Positions 49,547-60,069 of a stretch of DNA of 64,000 bases are shown piece after piece. This DNA comes from an uncultured delta proteobacterium. Lineage in GTDB: Bacteria > Desulfobacterota > Desulfobulbia > Desulfobulbales > Desulfocapsaceae. The stretch's first letter is position 1; each line of letters starts with the position of its first letter. Location: contig CAWCTP010000012.1 in the NCBI GenBank assembly GCA_963798425.1, forward strand, positions 153,470-217,469, written 5' to 3'. A program made the translations under genes and the position numbers. Under the pieces are notes generated by a model. That model was not told the DNA's origin and made no database searches. It saw only the letters and a list, made by a program, of their open reading frames with translations.

Positions 49547-50635
49547 TTATTGAAACTTTATATCCCAATTTTCTGAACAAATAAGTGATGTTCGGGTTAG
49601 CTGTCCTAATTCTTTTCGTACCTTGGCAAGGTAGTCAGGACCAATTTTCTTGCCCCACTCCTGCAGTACCGGTTCTGCCAACTTTTTCAGTTTATTTATA
49701 TCCGGGTCTGAAAGCTTGATGAATTCAACTCCCGCCTCTTTGGCTTTTGCCACTTCGGTATCATATTGTTGACGGGTCAGGGCACGGCTGCTCTTGCTTT
49801 CTTCGGTGATAACAGACAGCAGGATTTCCTGCAAATCCTTTGGTAATTTGTTCAGCCATCGTTTGTTGATGAAATGAACGAAGAGGCCCTGTGCATAATC
49901 GAGCTCGGTAAAGTATTTGGCTATGGTGAATTTTTTGGTGATATTACAGACAATTGCTGTGTGGTCCAGGCCGGTAATAACGCCTGTCTGCAGTGCCTGG
50001 GGAACATCCGGCCATGGCATCACTGTGAACTTTAATCCCCATGCCTTGTAGGTGTCGGTATTAACAGGAGCTTCAGCAATACGGAAGTTGGTGTTCTTTG
50101 CGTCTTCTATAGTTTTTACAGGAGTGGTGGTTGCCCATCCATAGGGGCCGTAACCGGTTACATCAGCTACGAGGAGGCCTTGCTTTTGAGCACCGTCGGC
50201 AAAGGGTTGCCAGAGCTGAGGAGTATTTCTGAATTTGTCAAGCTTGTCAAAAGTGTCGATTACGTAGGGAAGATTGACGATGCCAATGAGGTCCGAGACA
50301 TTTGCGGCGGCAACAGAAGAACTCATCATCCCTTGAATCGCACCTAACTTGAGCTTACTGATAACATCTTTTTCACCACCGAGCTGGCTCAAAGGACGAA
50401 AATCCACATAGAGGCGGCCACCCGATTTTTCCCATACTTTGTCGCGAATACGATATCCTACACCAACGCCTTCTATAACCGGGTGAGAGACGTTGGATAA
50501 AATATAAGTGTACTCAGCACCACTCGGATCAAATTTAGGCTGCCATGCCTCCAGCGGATTTTTCTTTGCTTCTGCGGCAAATACGACACCTGGCAAAGAG
50601 AGGGCAAGCAATAAAACGAGAAACAGTTTTTTCAT
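49547..50635 (-). CDS. TRAP-type transporter substrate-binding protein (DctP family), orphan
   Basis: AAGGAGA RBS before MKKLFLVLLL. Signal peptide. DctP-family blocks (LGGEKDVISKLKLGAIQGMMSSS…LPYVIDTFDKLDKF). No dctQ or dctM adjacent. Confidence 0.75.
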   Translation of the reverse strand: MKKLFLVLLLALSLPGVVFAAEAKKNPLEAWQPKFDPSGAEYTYILSNVSHPVIEGVGVGYRIRDKVWEKSGGRLYVDFRPLSQLGGEKDVISKLKLGAIQGMMSSSVAAANVSDLIGIVNLPYVIDTFDKLDKFRNTPQLWQPFADGAQKQGLLVADVTGYGPYGWATTTPVKTIEDAKNTNFRIAEAPVNTDTYKAWGLKFTVMPWPDVPQALQTGVITGLDHTAIVCNITKKFTIAKYFTELDYAQGLFVHFINKRWLNKLPKDLQEILLSVITEESKSSRALTRQQYDTEVAKAKEAGVEFIKLSDPDINKLKKLAEPVLQEWGKKIGPDYLAKVRKELGQLTRTSLICSENWDIKFQ

Positions 50636-51017
50636 GATGGGGTCTCCTTTTTTATGGATCAGATCAGAACTGAGGGAAATCATTTCGTCAGATATTTTGA
50701 GAAATGATTTGTCCTGTATTAATGCCCTTTTCAATAACATGAACGAGCAATGTTAGTAAACCATTTTGTTGAATCAAATGCGTCATTGTTCGCAAAACAG
50801 AGAATAGTCTTAGGTGTTTTGTCGTATTTGACTAATTTAATAATGGAAATATTGAATTACGATTAACTGGCTGGTGAAAGGTGAGGCGCATAACTGTTGT
50901 GTTATTAGATACTTATATGTGAGGGATCTATCGAATTATGTTGCATGTTCCTTGCAGCTTTCCGCTACCATACTCCTGGCAAATTAAGTCCGTACCTAAA
51001 AATAAAGGAGGGAGAGA

Positions 51018-52064
51018 ATGAGAACCATCAAAATGGCGACTTGGGTAATCATGATATTTGTGATTGGGAGTTTGGTAAGTGTTCCAGTATGGGGTGCAGA
51101 TGACCCTCTTGCCAAATGGCAACCCTCATTTGATCCTTCGGGAGCGAAATACGTGTATCTCCTTTCCTGTGTTGGACATCCGGCTATAGAAGGAGTGTCT
51201 GTTGGTTTTCGAATTAGAGATAGGGTCTGGCAGGAATCAAAAGGTCAGCTGTATGTCGATTTTAGACCTTTGAGTCAGCTTGGCGGTGAGAAAGATGTTA
51301 TCAGCAAGCTCAAGTTAGGTGCGATTCAGGGGATGATGAGTTCCTCTGTTGCCGCAGCCAATATTGCACCGGAGCTTGGGGTCGTCAACCTTCCTTATAT
51401 AGTCGATACCTTCGCAAAACTCGATAAATTCAGGGATACGCCGGAGCTATGGAGTCCGTTCCGCGATGCTGCGTTGTCAAAGGGACTCAAGGTTATTGAT
51501 TTTACGGGGTATGGCAGCTATGGTTGGGCAACCACCAGACCGGTCTCTACTCTTGCAGAGGCCAAAGGAGTAAACTTTCGAATTGCTGAGGCTCCTGTCA
51601 ATATTGATTCGTACAAAGCCTGGAAACTGAAATTTGCAGTTTTGCCATGGCCGGATGTTCCCCAGGCATTGCAGACAGGGGTAATCGACGGACTTGATCA
51701 TACCCCCATCGTTTGCAACATTTCTAAAAAATTTACCGTTGCAAAATACTATACCGAGCTTGATTATGCTCAGGGCTTATATGTCCATATCATTAACCAA
51801 AAATGGCTCCAACAGCTCCCTCAGGATTTGCAGCAGCTCCTCCTCAAGGTAGTAAAAGAAGAGAGTGCTGTCGCCAGGGCCCGGACAAAACAGCAGCAAC
51901 TAGAGCAGATCGCTGCGGCTAAGGCAGACGGAGTAGCTTTTCTACAACTGAAACCTGTTGATAAGGAAAAAATGGTAGCAGAAAGTGAAGAAGTATACGA
52001 CAAGTGGGGACCAAAGATCGGTCAGGAGTATCTGGACAAGGTGAGGAAGGTATTGCAGGAATAG
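51018..52064 (+). CDS. TRAP-type transporter substrate-binding protein (DctP family), paralog of 49547..50635, orphan
   Basis: AAGGAGGGAGAG RBS. About 70% identical to the divergently transcribed neighbour. Confidence 0.75.
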   Translation: MRTIKMATWVIMIFVIGSLVSVPVWGADDPLAKWQPSFDPSGAKYVYLLSCVGHPAIEGVSVGFRIRDRVWQESKGQLYVDFRPLSQLGGEKDVISKLKLGAIQGMMSSSVAAANIAPELGVVNLPYIVDTFAKLDKFRDTPELWSPFRDAALSKGLKVIDFTGYGSYGWATTRPVSTLAEAKGVNFRIAEAPVNIDSYKAWKLKFAVLPWPDVPQALQTGVIDGLDHTPIVCNISKKFTVAKYYTELDYAQGLYVHIINQKWLQQLPQDLQQLLLKVVKEESAVARARTKQQQLEQIAAAKADGVAFLQLKPVDKEKMVAESEEVYDKWGPKIGQEYLDKVRKVLQE

Positions 52065-52255
52065 TTTCTTCGTTGTAGAGGGCTAGAAATTATTTGCGAA
52101 TAATCGGAGTCAACGTTACGTTTCATTTTCCTCAGGCTCGGTATGTTGTTTGGTGAGCATACCGGGCCTGAGTTGCGTTTATCCGATGGAAGGCGTACAA
52201 TAACGCCTCATATTTTTAGTCCAAAAGTAAGACTTTGAAATCACACAGGAGACGT

Positions 52256-52957
52256 ATGCGAATTAACAATAGAAAATCCGATAGTCTGAGACCCATATCT
52301 GTTGAAAGAGGATTGCAGTATCAGGCGTATGGCTCGGTTCTTATCCGAATGGGCAATACCCATGTCATTTGCGGAGTATCAGTTGAAGAAAAGGTACCAC
52401 CATTTTTAAAAGATAAGGGGCAGGGGTGGATAACTGCCGAATACGGCATGCTCCCTTGTGCCACAAACAGTCGATACCGGCGTGAAACTAAAGGACAGTC
52501 TGGCAGAACCATGGAGATTCAACGTTTGATTGGTCGAAGCCTTCGGATGATGGTTGATCTTACTACCATCGGCGAAAGAACCATTCGGGTCGATTGCGAT
52601 GTTCTCAATGCCGATGGAGGAACCCGTACGGCATCAATTACTGGTGGAGCTCTGGCACTGAGAGATGCATTGCAAAAACTCGTAGCCGAAGGCCGACTGG
52701 ATATACTGCCGGTCATCATGCCGGTTGCAGCGATTTCCGCGGGAATATTGAACGGTGAAGCTCTTCTTGATCTAGATTATTCAGAAGACTCTTCTGCTGA
52801 AACCGATGCTAATTTTGTTATGGCAGGCGATGGTCGATGGATAGAAATTCAGGCGACAGCAGAAGGCAAGCCTTTTGCCGATGAATCATATCTGGCCATG
52901 GCAAGTTATGCCAAAAAGGGTATTGAAGAACTTTTCCTGCTCTGGCGGGATAGATGA
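52256..52957 (+). CDS. rph: ribonuclease PH
   Basis: AGGAG RBS before [16 protein letters not shown]. Conserved RNase PH blocks ([49 protein letters not shown]). Confidence 0.9.
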   Translation: MRINNRKSDSLRPISVERGLQYQAYGSVLIRMGNTHVICGVSVEEKVPPFLKDKGQGWITAEYGMLPCATNSRYRRETKGQSGRTMEIQRLIGRSLRMMVDLTTIGERTIRVDCDVLNADGGTRTASITGGALALRDALQKLVAEGRLDILPVIMPVAAISAGILNGEALLDLDYSEDSSAETDANFVMAGDGRWIEIQATAEGKPFADESYLAMASYAKKGIEELFLLWRDR

Positions 52958-52974
52958 TTAACAAGTAAATCGCG

Positions 52975-53781
52975 ATGGCAGATGAAAGTACTGGGAAAAA
53001 GCCCATTCGTGGAACCCGGGAATGGGCGGTTGCAGAAATAAACTGCAGTTGGGGGTGTCCCCATGGATGTCGGTATTGTTACGCTCGTTTTGATTTAGTG
53101 GTAAAAAAGAGAACGCTTACTCCCGAGCAGTGGACGAGCTGTCGGATTTTAGATGATGAAGTTACCAAAAAGCAGCCGCTCTATCCAGGACAGGTAATGT
53201 TTCCATCTGCTCATGATATTGTGCCCGACAACCTTGAGGCTTGCCTGCGTGTCATAAGAAATCTTGTTGATGCAGGTAATAAGGTTCTGGTGGTATCCAA
53301 ACCACACTTTGAATGTATTAAACGACTCTGCTCAGATTTGTTAGATGCCCGGGAGCGACTCCTGTTTCGATTTACCATAACTGCCAGAGACAAGAACCTA
53401 CTGCAGCTATGGGAACCATCTGCACCCGGTTATATGGAACGAAAGGATTGCCTGGAATATGCCTTTAGTAAAGGCTTTGCTACCTCTGTCAGTGTAGAAC
53501 CGATGCTCGATACAACTGATGTTGTGGCCATGGTACACGAATTGCTACCCTTTATTACCCATTCGATCTGGTTGGGAAAGATGAACAGAATTGAGAGGCG
53601 GGTTGCTTGCGAGTCAATTGAGATGCAAAAAGCGATTGATCGAATTGAAAAGGGACAAAGCGAGCCGCGGATTGTCCAATTGTACCATGAGCTAGGCAAT
53701 ATTTCACTGGTACGGTGGAAGGAGTCGGTGAAGGAAGTTTTGGGGCATCGGCTGGCATCACAACCGGGACTGGATGTGTAA
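52975..53781 (+). CDS. radical SAM protein, SplB-like DNA-repair photolyase family
   Basis: CPHGCRYCYAR is a CxxxCxxC radical-SAM cluster in the context typical of the SplB-like COG1533 family. Confidence 0.6.
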   Translation: MADESTGKKPIRGTREWAVAEINCSWGCPHGCRYCYARFDLVVKKRTLTPEQWTSCRILDDEVTKKQPLYPGQVMFPSAHDIVPDNLEACLRVIRNLVDAGNKVLVVSKPHFECIKRLCSDLLDARERLLFRFTITARDKNLLQLWEPSAPGYMERKDCLEYAFSKGFATSVSVEPMLDTTDVVAMVHELLPFITHSIWLGKMNRIERRVACESIEMQKAIDRIEKGQSEPRIVQLYHELGNISLVRWKESVKEVLGHRLASQPGLDV

Positions 53782-53808
53782 AATATTGCAAATTAATCAG
53801 GAAAAGAG

Positions 53809-54390
53809 ATGCAAGAAAAAAATTATAAGAACAATGAGATAAAGGAAATCGAAAATATCCTGGGGAGGGGAAGGGTTGGCCGACTGGCGACACTTGGTGA
53901 AGATGGCTATCCCTATATAACTCCGGTCAATTATGTCTATTGGCATGGGTCCGTTTATTTTCATTGCAGCCTGAAAGGGGAGAAGCTCGACAACATCAGA
54001 CGTCATGGAAAGGTTTGTTTTGAAGTGGATTTTCCCCTTGCCTATCTTGATACCGCTTATGATAAGACCATGCCTGTCTGTGATGTGGGCCAATTCTACC
54101 AGTCTGTGATCATCCGCGGTCAAGCAGAAATTATCGTGGATTTGGTCGAAAAGATTGATGCGCTGAATGCTCTGATGGCAAGTCATGAAAATGTTGCCCA
54201 GTTCACGGGTATTACATCCCAAACTCCGGCTGTGAAATTATGTGAAGTGGTGGCAGTACGGGTTGAATCCTTTTCAGCGAAAGCGAACCTGGGACAGAAA
54301 AAATCTGAAGAAGAGAAAAGCAAGATCCGAGCCTATCTGCAGGAAAGAAACCTCCCTGGTGACAACGAAGCGGCAGCACTGATCCGATAA
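53809..54390 (+). CDS. pyridoxamine 5'-phosphate oxidase-like FMN-binding split-barrel protein
   Basis: GRVGRLATLGEDGYPYITPVNYVYWHGSVYFHC is typical of the PNPOx/NimA-like family. Confidence 0.7.
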   Translation: MQEKNYKNNEIKEIENILGRGRVGRLATLGEDGYPYITPVNYVYWHGSVYFHCSLKGEKLDNIRRHGKVCFEVDFPLAYLDTAYDKTMPVCDVGQFYQSVIIRGQAEIIVDLVEKIDALNALMASHENVAQFTGITSQTPAVKLCEVVAVRVESFSAKANLGQKKSEEEKSKIRAYLQERNLPGDNEAAALIR

Positions 54391-54421
54391 AAAGATATAT
54401 TTGCAATACATTGGAGGGAAA

Positions 54422-57127
54422 ATGCACCTGATTCTCGGTTTGTTGTTCGGTTTTTTAGGAGCCGTGCAATTTGAAGTGAGTGGAGTTGTGTTAGGATTTA
54501 CTCTAGGAGCTCTGATTGGCATTTTGGGAGCAGAGGTTTTGTCGCTTCGCAAAAGATTAGGTTTACTCGAAAGGGCTAAAACACCTCAACAGGTGCCGAT
54601 AAAAAAGACTGCGGTCGTTCCGGAGGAAGTCGTCTTTCGGCCAGCAACTGCCGAATCTGCCCCTGACCGCATACCTCGAAAACAGGCGAGCACTTCAAGC
54701 AGGGTGCTGCCGGATAGAGGGATAAAGGTGATGGAACCGGTCGGTCAGGATACCGGCATCGATCGTTTTTTCGCTGATATCGGTGGTAGTGCTTCAAAAC
54801 TCGCAACAATGCTCAGACATTTTTTCACCAGCGGTAATGTGGTACTGAAGGTTGGTATCATCATCCTGTTTTTCGGAGTGGCGTTCCTCCTGAAATATGC
54901 AGCTCAGCGCAATATGGTTCCCATCGAGTTCCGCCTCATCGGAGTTGCCTTCAGCGGGATGGTTATACTTGGGATCGGCTGGTGGTTGAGGCGGACCAAG
55001 GCTGGTTATGGTCTTGCGATGCAGGGAGGCGGGGTTGGTATCTTTTATCTTGTGGTTTTTGCCGCCGCCAAAATCTATAATTTTCTGCCGATGACCTTAT
55101 CGCTCGCGGTGATGATTAGCCTTGTCGCTTTTTCATGTATGCTTGCGGTGTTGCAGGACTCCAAGTCTCTTGCCGTTTTTGGTATAGTCGGTGGTTTTCT
55201 TGCCCCGGTGCTTATGTCCACAGGCGACGGCAGTCACGTTATGCTTTTTTCTTATTATGCACTCCTCAATGCGGGGATTCTCGGTATCGCCTGGTTTAAA
55301 TCCTGGCGGGAACTGAACCTGATAGGTTTTATTTTTACCTTTGCCATTGGTACACTCTGGGGCAGCACTGGTTATCAGCCGGAATATTTTCGCTCAACGG
55401 AGCCTTTTTTGGTTCTCTTTTTTGTTTTTTACGTTTTGATTTCGGTTCTTTTTGCCCACCGTCAACCTGTTAATCTCCGTGGTTTTATAGACGGGCCACT
55501 GGTCTTTGGTTTGCCTCTGATTGTATCCGGGCTCCAGTATTTTCTGGTTAAGGATTTTCACTATGGCATGGCGTTTTCAGCCTTGGCTCTAGGTATTTTC
55601 TATCTGACCCTGGCAACTACCTTGTGGCGCAGGCTTGTCCTGTCCATGCATCTTTTGTGTGAGGCCTTTCTTGCTTTGGGGGTAGTGTTCGGCAGTTTGG
55701 CTATTCCACTAGCCCTGGACGGACATTGGTCTGCATCGATCTGGGCCCTCGAGGGTGCTGGAATGGTTTGGGTCGGTGTACGGCAACGACGGGTTGTTGC
55801 CCGCCATTTCGGACTATTTTTGCAATTGTCAGCAGCTTACATCTTTCTGGACTCGGTCTGGTATCCATTCAATGCTTTACCTTTTGCCAATCAATATTTT
55901 TTTGGTTGCCTCTTTTTGTCCCTTGCTGCTCTCTTCTCAAGTTATTGGTTGGACAGATACAGCACTGAATTGAAAAAATGGGAGCGATTTTTTCCCTTGC
56001 CGCTCATGATGCTAGGACTTATCTGGTGGTATATTGGCGGTTTGCGGGAGATTGATAATCAGATTGCACATTCGGAGGCGGAAAACGGTTTTCTCTTGTT
56101 CTGTAGTGCCAGTTCGATTCTCATGGGGATAGCCATAAAAAAGCTGAATTGGCCGCGTTTTGGGTTGTCTTTATATCTGCAATTGCCGGCAATGGTTCTT
56201 CTACTGAGCGTGAGTTTGCTTGGTTCTCATTTCAGATCTCATCTTCTCGACGGTTGGGGGGCGGTTGCCTGGACTGTAGCCTTTGTCGTTCAATATCGTA
56301 TATTGTATCTCTTTGCAGGGGAATGGCCCAATCGAAACATGGTGGCCTGGCATCTCGGCACCCTGTGGTTGCTGTTTTTTGTTCTAAGCGAAGAAGCCGC
56401 GTGGGCGATCGGTCAATTGTCCGGACTGGGTGAGATCTGGACGATGATCTGCTGGGCTCTTATTCCAAGCTGCGGGCTTCTGGTACTCCTGCATCTGGGA
56501 AGAGGAGTTTCCTGGCCAGTTGGGAAATATACGTCTTCTTATCTGGGAGTGGGTGGTACTCTTCCTGCATTTGGTCTTTTGCTTTGGACGATACTATCGT
56601 TTGGTGCAGCCGGAGATCCAGCCCCTCTGCATTATATTCCTCTCTTTAATCCTGTTGAACTGTCCGGACTGGTCGTGGTTATTACTCTTTTTCTGTGGGT
56701 GCTTTTTCGGAAGAACAACGGCTACTCCCTTACATATCTTCCGGAAAAGCATTGTTTTTGGGCCATTGCCGTGCTTTTTTTCTTATGGATAAACAGTGTG
56801 GTTGCTCGTACGGTACATTTTTATGTCGGCATCCCGTATCATCCGGAATCGCTCTATCGTTCTGTTATTTTTCAGGCGGCAATTGCCTCACTCTGGGGCT
56901 TTGGTGCACTGGCTATAACTATCTGGGCAGGGAGGAAGGGGAGTCGGCCACTTTGGGGAGTTGGTGCCATTTTACTTGGCATGGTGGTCCTGAAACTTTT
57001 TGTCGTCGATCTTTCCGGTACTGGAACTATAGCTCGAATTATTTCCTTTTTGATTGTTGGAGTTCTAATGCTCGTGATCGGTTATTTCTCTCCATTGCCT
57101 CCGAAAAAAGAGGAGAAAATTCTATGA
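54422..57127 (+). CDS. large polytopic membrane protein (DUF2339-like)
   Basis: GGAGGG RBS before the second ATG. About 900 aa, with a soluble N-terminal segment followed by more than 20 predicted TM helices. The family assignment is from memory. Confidence 0.65.
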   Translation: MHLILGLLFGFLGAVQFEVSGVVLGFTLGALIGILGAEVLSLRKRLGLLERAKTPQQVPIKKTAVVPEEVVFRPATAESAPDRIPRKQASTSSRVLPDRGIKVMEPVGQDTGIDRFFADIGGSASKLATMLRHFFTSGNVVLKVGIIILFFGVAFLLKYAAQRNMVPIEFRLIGVAFSGMVILGIGWWLRRTKAGYGLAMQGGGVGIFYLVVFAAAKIYNFLPMTLSLAVMISLVAFSCMLAVLQDSKSLAVFGIVGGFLAPVLMSTGDGSHVMLFSYYALLNAGILGIAWFKSWRELNLIGFIFTFAIGTLWGSTGYQPEYFRSTEPFLVLFFVFYVLISVLFAHRQPVNLRGFIDGPLVFGLPLIVSGLQYFLVKDFHYGMAFSALALGIFYLTLATTLWRRLVLSMHLLCEAFLALGVVFGSLAIPLALDGHWSASIWALEGAGMVWVGVRQRRVVARHFGLFLQLSAAYIFLDSVWYPFNALPFANQYFFGCLFLSLAALFSSYWLDRYSTELKKWERFFPLPLMMLGLIWWYIGGLREIDNQIAHSEAENGFLLFCSASSILMGIAIKKLNWPRFGLSLYLQLPAMVLLLSVSLLGSHFRSHLLDGWGAVAWTVAFVVQYRILYLFAGEWPNRNMVAWHLGTLWLLFFVLSEEAAWAIGQLSGLGEIWTMICWALIPSCGLLVLLHLGRGVSWPVGKYTSSYLGVGGTLPAFGLLLWTILSFGAAGDPAPLHYIPLFNPVELSGLVVVITLFLWVLFRKNNGYSLTYLPEKHCFWAIAVLFFLWINSVVARTVHFYVGIPYHPESLYRSVIFQAAIASLWGFGALAITIWAGRKGSRPLWGVGAILLGMVVLKLFVVDLSGTGTIARIISFLIVGVLMLVIGYFSPLPPKKEEKIL

Positions 57128-57239
57128 GATATCTTTTAGCGCCTTACAGATTATTTTCGTTCCAAAAAAACAAGAAAAATAACCGGCGAAAGGCTCTTAT
57201 ACTCGGCAGAGAGGTACTAAACCGAGTCCCCTTTGTGGG

Positions 57240-58646
57240 GTGCTGGCAGCGATGATTTTGATTTTTTCGATTGGGCAATCAATGGCTGCGGATATTACCT
57301 CCAAGGATTTTGCTGCGGGATATTACCTTGAAGTGGACAATAAAAGTGCGGTCTATTCCTTGGAGCTACCAGAGGATGTCTATCATATGGTGAGGAGTGC
57401 GGATCTAAGAGATGTGAGGGTCTTTAACGGTTCAGGTGAGGTCGTGCCCCACGAGTTTCGGACTGTTCAAACAGACCAGACAACCCTGCGGGACAAAAAA
57501 ACTCTCCCTTTCTTTCCTCTTTTTCTCGCTAGTATGCCAAGTAATATGAAAGGAATTTCACTCGAGGTTTCGCGTGATACAGCTGGGGCTATTGTCAATA
57601 TTAAATCCGATCCGGCTGGAGATAAGGATCAGCAGGAAATCACCGGCTATCTGCTTGATCTCAGCGGTTTGAAACAGGCAGTAGCAGAGCTTGAGTTTCA
57701 CTGGAAAAAAGACATGGACTCCTCTGTTTTTACAGTGAATATTGAACAGAGTGACGATCTCGTGCGATGGACACCCCTTGTGTATAAAGCAACTCTCGCC
57801 GATTTGCAGTTTGGTGGGCAAGAGGTTGAAAAACGAACCATCGAGCTGCCGCGACAACCTTTGAAGTACCTGAAGTTGACTTGGCAAGAGTCTCGTTGGC
57901 CACTGAAGTTAACCGAAGTTGCGAGTTTTTTTCGTAGTGTGGCTGCACCTGGAAAGCACCGATGGGTATCTGTTGAAAATGGAAATCTCCGGGAAGAAAA
58001 CGGTCAGTTTATGGTGGATTTCGAAACCAGCTATCGGCTTCCAACCACCAGTGCACAGATACATTTTTCTGAAACGAACTCCATAGCCAGGCTATCGATA
58101 CAATCCCGGCCCTCAATCGACACGGCTTGGAGCACACGTTGTGAGCAAGTTTTTCACGATCTGAGTTATAAGGATGCAACTCTACAAAATGAACCTTGCG
58201 AATTTCAATCTACATCTGACCCCTTATGGCGGGTAGTGATTAAACAGGATGGGGCCGGTTTGGGATCTGGAAAGAGGTTGGCAGCTTTACAACTTGGCTG
58301 GCAACCGAGTGAATTGCTGTTTATGGGTAGGGGGACGCCTCCTTATTTGCTGGCTTTTGGGAGCGGCAAGCTTGCGCAAGGTAATCAGGATTCTTCTGCT
58401 GGAATGCTCTTAATGGCGATGCAGGTGAAAAAATCTGGACCGGAGATAGCTCAGGCTAAACTCGGAAAAAGGATTGACCTTGGTGGCGATTTGGCTCTAC
58501 GAACTCCGGCCAAACCTACTCCGTGGAAAACGTGGCTGCTCTGGCTCGTTTTGGTTATGGGGGTAGGTCTGGTAGCTTTAATGACCCGTAGTCTTTTAAA
58601 AGAAATGAAATTGACTGAAGAAAAAAATGTGCCTGGAGAGAGATAA
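57240..58646 (+). CDS. secreted/membrane-anchored protein (DUF3999-like), partner of the preceding membrane protein
   Basis: Signal-like N-terminus, a beta-rich body and a C-terminal TM (WKTWLLWLVLVMGVGLVALM). This family is usually found next to DUF2339. Confidence 0.5.
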   Translation: MLAAMILIFSIGQSMAADITSKDFAAGYYLEVDNKSAVYSLELPEDVYHMVRSADLRDVRVFNGSGEVVPHEFRTVQTDQTTLRDKKTLPFFPLFLASMPSNMKGISLEVSRDTAGAIVNIKSDPAGDKDQQEITGYLLDLSGLKQAVAELEFHWKKDMDSSVFTVNIEQSDDLVRWTPLVYKATLADLQFGGQEVEKRTIELPRQPLKYLKLTWQESRWPLKLTEVASFFRSVAAPGKHRWVSVENGNLREENGQFMVDFETSYRLPTTSAQIHFSETNSIARLSIQSRPSIDTAWSTRCEQVFHDLSYKDATLQNEPCEFQSTSDPLWRVVIKQDGAGLGSGKRLAALQLGWQPSELLFMGRGTPPYLLAFGSGKLAQGNQDSSAGMLLMAMQVKKSGPEIAQAKLGKRIDLGGDLALRTPAKPTPWKTWLLWLVLVMGVGLVALMTRSLLKEMKLTEEKNVPGER

Positions 58647-59165
58647 AAGATTATGGTTTTCCGCTTGTGTATTTAGCTCCAGATTATCCTGCTAACCAGC
58701 AGGCAGTTTATAGAATTTTCCAGGAAGGATTGTGGATGTTTCGATCGTTTCATAAGAGTAAGAGATGGTCCCTCTGGGCTTACAGAGGTGGGGGTTGTTT
58801 TGTTGGTGGCTTTGTTTCGATGGGGGGCGAAATCTCACTGAAAAGATAATGACCAAAGCGTGTCACTGTGTCACTCTTAAATCGAGAAATAAAGTGAAGA
58901 ATTTCTAGGGGAATTGTGTTAGTTGTGGCTGATTAATTGTTTTCTAGTTTGTAAGCTATCAGGTGTGTTACTGAAAAAAAGTATCAGGAATAAGTTTAGT
59001 AAAAGCTCTTAAATACCCAAGGGGGTATTTTAAAATGCCCGTTCCTCAGGATTAGGTTCCAGTTTATACTGTAGATGTAATGGAAAAAACCTGATTCTGC
59101 GGAGTGATGAATGATAGAAGTGTTGATATTTATCAACTACTTGTTGACTATAAAGAGGTAACAAT

Positions 59166-59930
59166 ATGGAACCGGTAAATGTTGTTTGCATTAAGTGGGG
59201 AACTAAATTTGGTCCTGAGTATGTTAACAACTTATATCATATGGTGCGACGCAATATTACTTTGCCATTTCGTTTTATATGTTTAACAGAGATATCTAAT
59301 GGGTTTAATGATGCCATTGATGTTTTGCCTTTACCAATTTTTAAAGAGCCACCGCCTGAATATTTAAAGAAATGTTTGTGCTGGCGTAAACTAGCCTTGT
59401 TAGGTGAACAATACCATGATATTAAAGGGAAAGTTTTTCTTTTGGATCTTGATGTTGTGATTGTTGACAATATTGATTGTTTTTTTACTTACTCTGACAA
59501 ATTATGTATGGCTGAAAATTGGTCTCAACCAAATCGGATGATAGGACAAGGTTCTGCTATATTTTTTGAGATGGGAAAATACAGTCAGTTATTAAAGCAG
59601 TGGGAACAAGACGCCGCTTCCGTTTATCAAAACTATCGAACGGAACAGGTCTATTTGCCGCAGGCTCTTGGAAAAGAAAATTGTGAATGGTTTCCAGTCG
59701 AATGGATTCGAAGCTTTAAGGCTCACTGTATGCCCGGTGGCATCTTGAATAGCTTCGTAACTCCCACAAAAGACAAAATTCCCAAAGGCACAAAAATCGT
59801 TGCTTTTCATGGTGATCCAAATCCTGCCGAAGCTATGGAAGGGGTGTGGGGTTCAGCTGTGCCATGGTACAAGAGGTGGTATAAAACAGTAAAACCAACA
59901 AAATGGATTGCTGAATATTGGTGTGAATAG
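59166..59930 (+). CDS. hypothetical protein, possible GT-A-like glycosyltransferase (DxD)
   Basis: 254-aa AT-rich ORF. FLLDLDVVIVDN contains a DxD-like motif. The assignment is weak. Confidence 0.35.
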   Translation: MEPVNVVCIKWGTKFGPEYVNNLYHMVRRNITLPFRFICLTEISNGFNDAIDVLPLPIFKEPPPEYLKKCLCWRKLALLGEQYHDIKGKVFLLDLDVVIVDNIDCFFTYSDKLCMAENWSQPNRMIGQGSAIFFEMGKYSQLLKQWEQDAASVYQNYRTEQVYLPQALGKENCEWFPVEWIRSFKAHCMPGGILNSFVTPTKDKIPKGTKIVAFHGDPNPAEAMEGVWGSAVPWYKRWYKTVKPTKWIAEYWCE

Positions 59931-60069
59931 ACGTGTCTGCCCCGGTTTCATTCCAATGATTGTTTTCTGATGAGCTGCAAGTGCTACTTGCAACGGGTGA
60001 GGATGACTTGCCGGAGATCACTCCATGGGTGCATATCCTCACCCTATCATTAATTGATTATTACGAATC

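Noticed and set aside
50636-51017. sigma54 promoter in the divergent DctP intergenic region (tggcaaattaagtcc)
   Set aside because: The -12 element does not match TTGC at the correct spacing.
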